Assembly: GCA_951406725.2 (NCBI GenBank)
Contig: OX597824.1
Location: 46,128,001-46,192,000, forward strand
Direction of reading: 5' to 3'
DNA from: Octopus vulgaris
Taxonomy: Eukaryota
Length of the DNA stretch: 64,000 bases
Part shown: positions 62,836-64,000 of the stretch, one piece after another
Layout: every line of letters begins with the position of its first letter
Numbering within the stretch: position 1 is the first letter of the stretch
The notes under the pieces: generated by a model
What the model saw: only the letters and a program-made list of their open reading frames with translations
What the model was told of the DNA's origin: nothing
The model's database searches: none
Translations under genes and position numbers: made by a program

Positions 62836-64000
62836 ATACATATGTATGATGGATTCTCTCATCATGAATGACAAATGAGGGTTCAGGAAAATAAAGCAGT
62901 AATGATGTTCTATGGACACAAATATGTCTCTTGAGGCCTGCTGGTGCCTTGCAAATCTTTTGGCAAAGGAAACAAGTTGAGGATTCAGTTTGCTTGTGGG
63001 TCCTTTACTACAAGTTTTCTTGAGTGGATGGCACTTTGCTTTATGCCACAAAACCACAATGACTAGTAATGTTTCCATTTAGAGGAATGGCATTTTGCCA
63101 GCGTGCTTTCATGCTTACACGAAGTTGGGTTTGCACGACTGAGTTTGGATCTTCAACAGAGCAAGTTTATTTCACAGGCAACCTCCGCTATCCTTTGATG
63201 CATACATTGTTTCTGTTCTCCAGCAGAAGTTATGTCTTGTATTTGTTTTTCCAGCATACATCATCATTATGTACCAATTGCATGTGAAACCATTGTGTAT
63301 ATATTCTGGCCTTTCTTTCAAGATGTATCTCTACAGATTTGCTGTGTTAATGCTCTTTAATAGGTTGAATAAATTGTCTCATTTTTATCTTCCTGGTTTT
63401 TCTGTTTCTTCATTTATCTACACACACATGTATATTGAAACTCAAACCATCTTTATCTATCAACACAACCTCAACCTTGTTAAAATTCAAAATAGTGTGA
63501 ATAAATAAGCATTGCATTTGACAGAGTAATCTGAATACTAGAGGTCTAGAATAAATTTGGTAATGGGTCATGCTTTCAAGAATTTCATGGTATACCCTTC
63601 TACACGTTTTTTTCTGTTGTTGTTATTGTTATATTTGATCTCAGGTCTTGAATATAAATATATGGATGAAGCAAAGTTATTATTTTTAAATCATTATTTA
63701 TCTACATGTTTATAAAGGGTTGTGTTTATTTTACCAATTAATTGCTAACAAAGAAATAAGTGGATAAACATTGCAATTAATGACCAAAGCTCTATATAGT
63801 GAGTGCTAACATATTTTATGGATATAAATAAGTACTATACTATATAAATATAAAATATACTTTCATGAAGAAAATTTATTTTTAAATTAAGTTTTTGTAA
63901 AGGTTTTTGTTTCTTTTAAGTCTATGGACAACACAATCAGGAACTAAAACTATAATAATAATAATGAAATTATTGTATACAGTGCTCAGGTGCACCACAA

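Overview
AT-rich, repeat-dense eukaryotic DNA. The SINE and microsatellite content suggests a coleoid cephalopod, probably Octopus (inference). It holds one complete protein-coding gene: BROX (BRO1 domain plus CAAX motif) on the minus strand. I reconstructed 11 coding exons by hand (57541->18025; 1254 nt; 417 aa), all with GT-AG introns and consistent phases, ending ...NETGCLIS*. The rest is transposon debris: a Tigger/pogo transposase with a spliceosomal intron, mariner, piggyBac with TTAA TSDs, hAT MITEs, Helitron-like elements, RTE, R4/Dong-like and CR1/L2-group LINE pieces, many SINEs and microsatellites. The most notable unannotated signal is a dispersed set of minimal type I hammerhead ribozyme (HHR) motifs from several sequence families. 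Most sit inside inverted- or direct-repeat cassettes. One follows a Penelope-like GIY-YIG C-terminus, and one is an apparently intact U3-A8 core variant in a 257-bp inverted repeat in BROX intron 7. All alignments and folds were done by eye.
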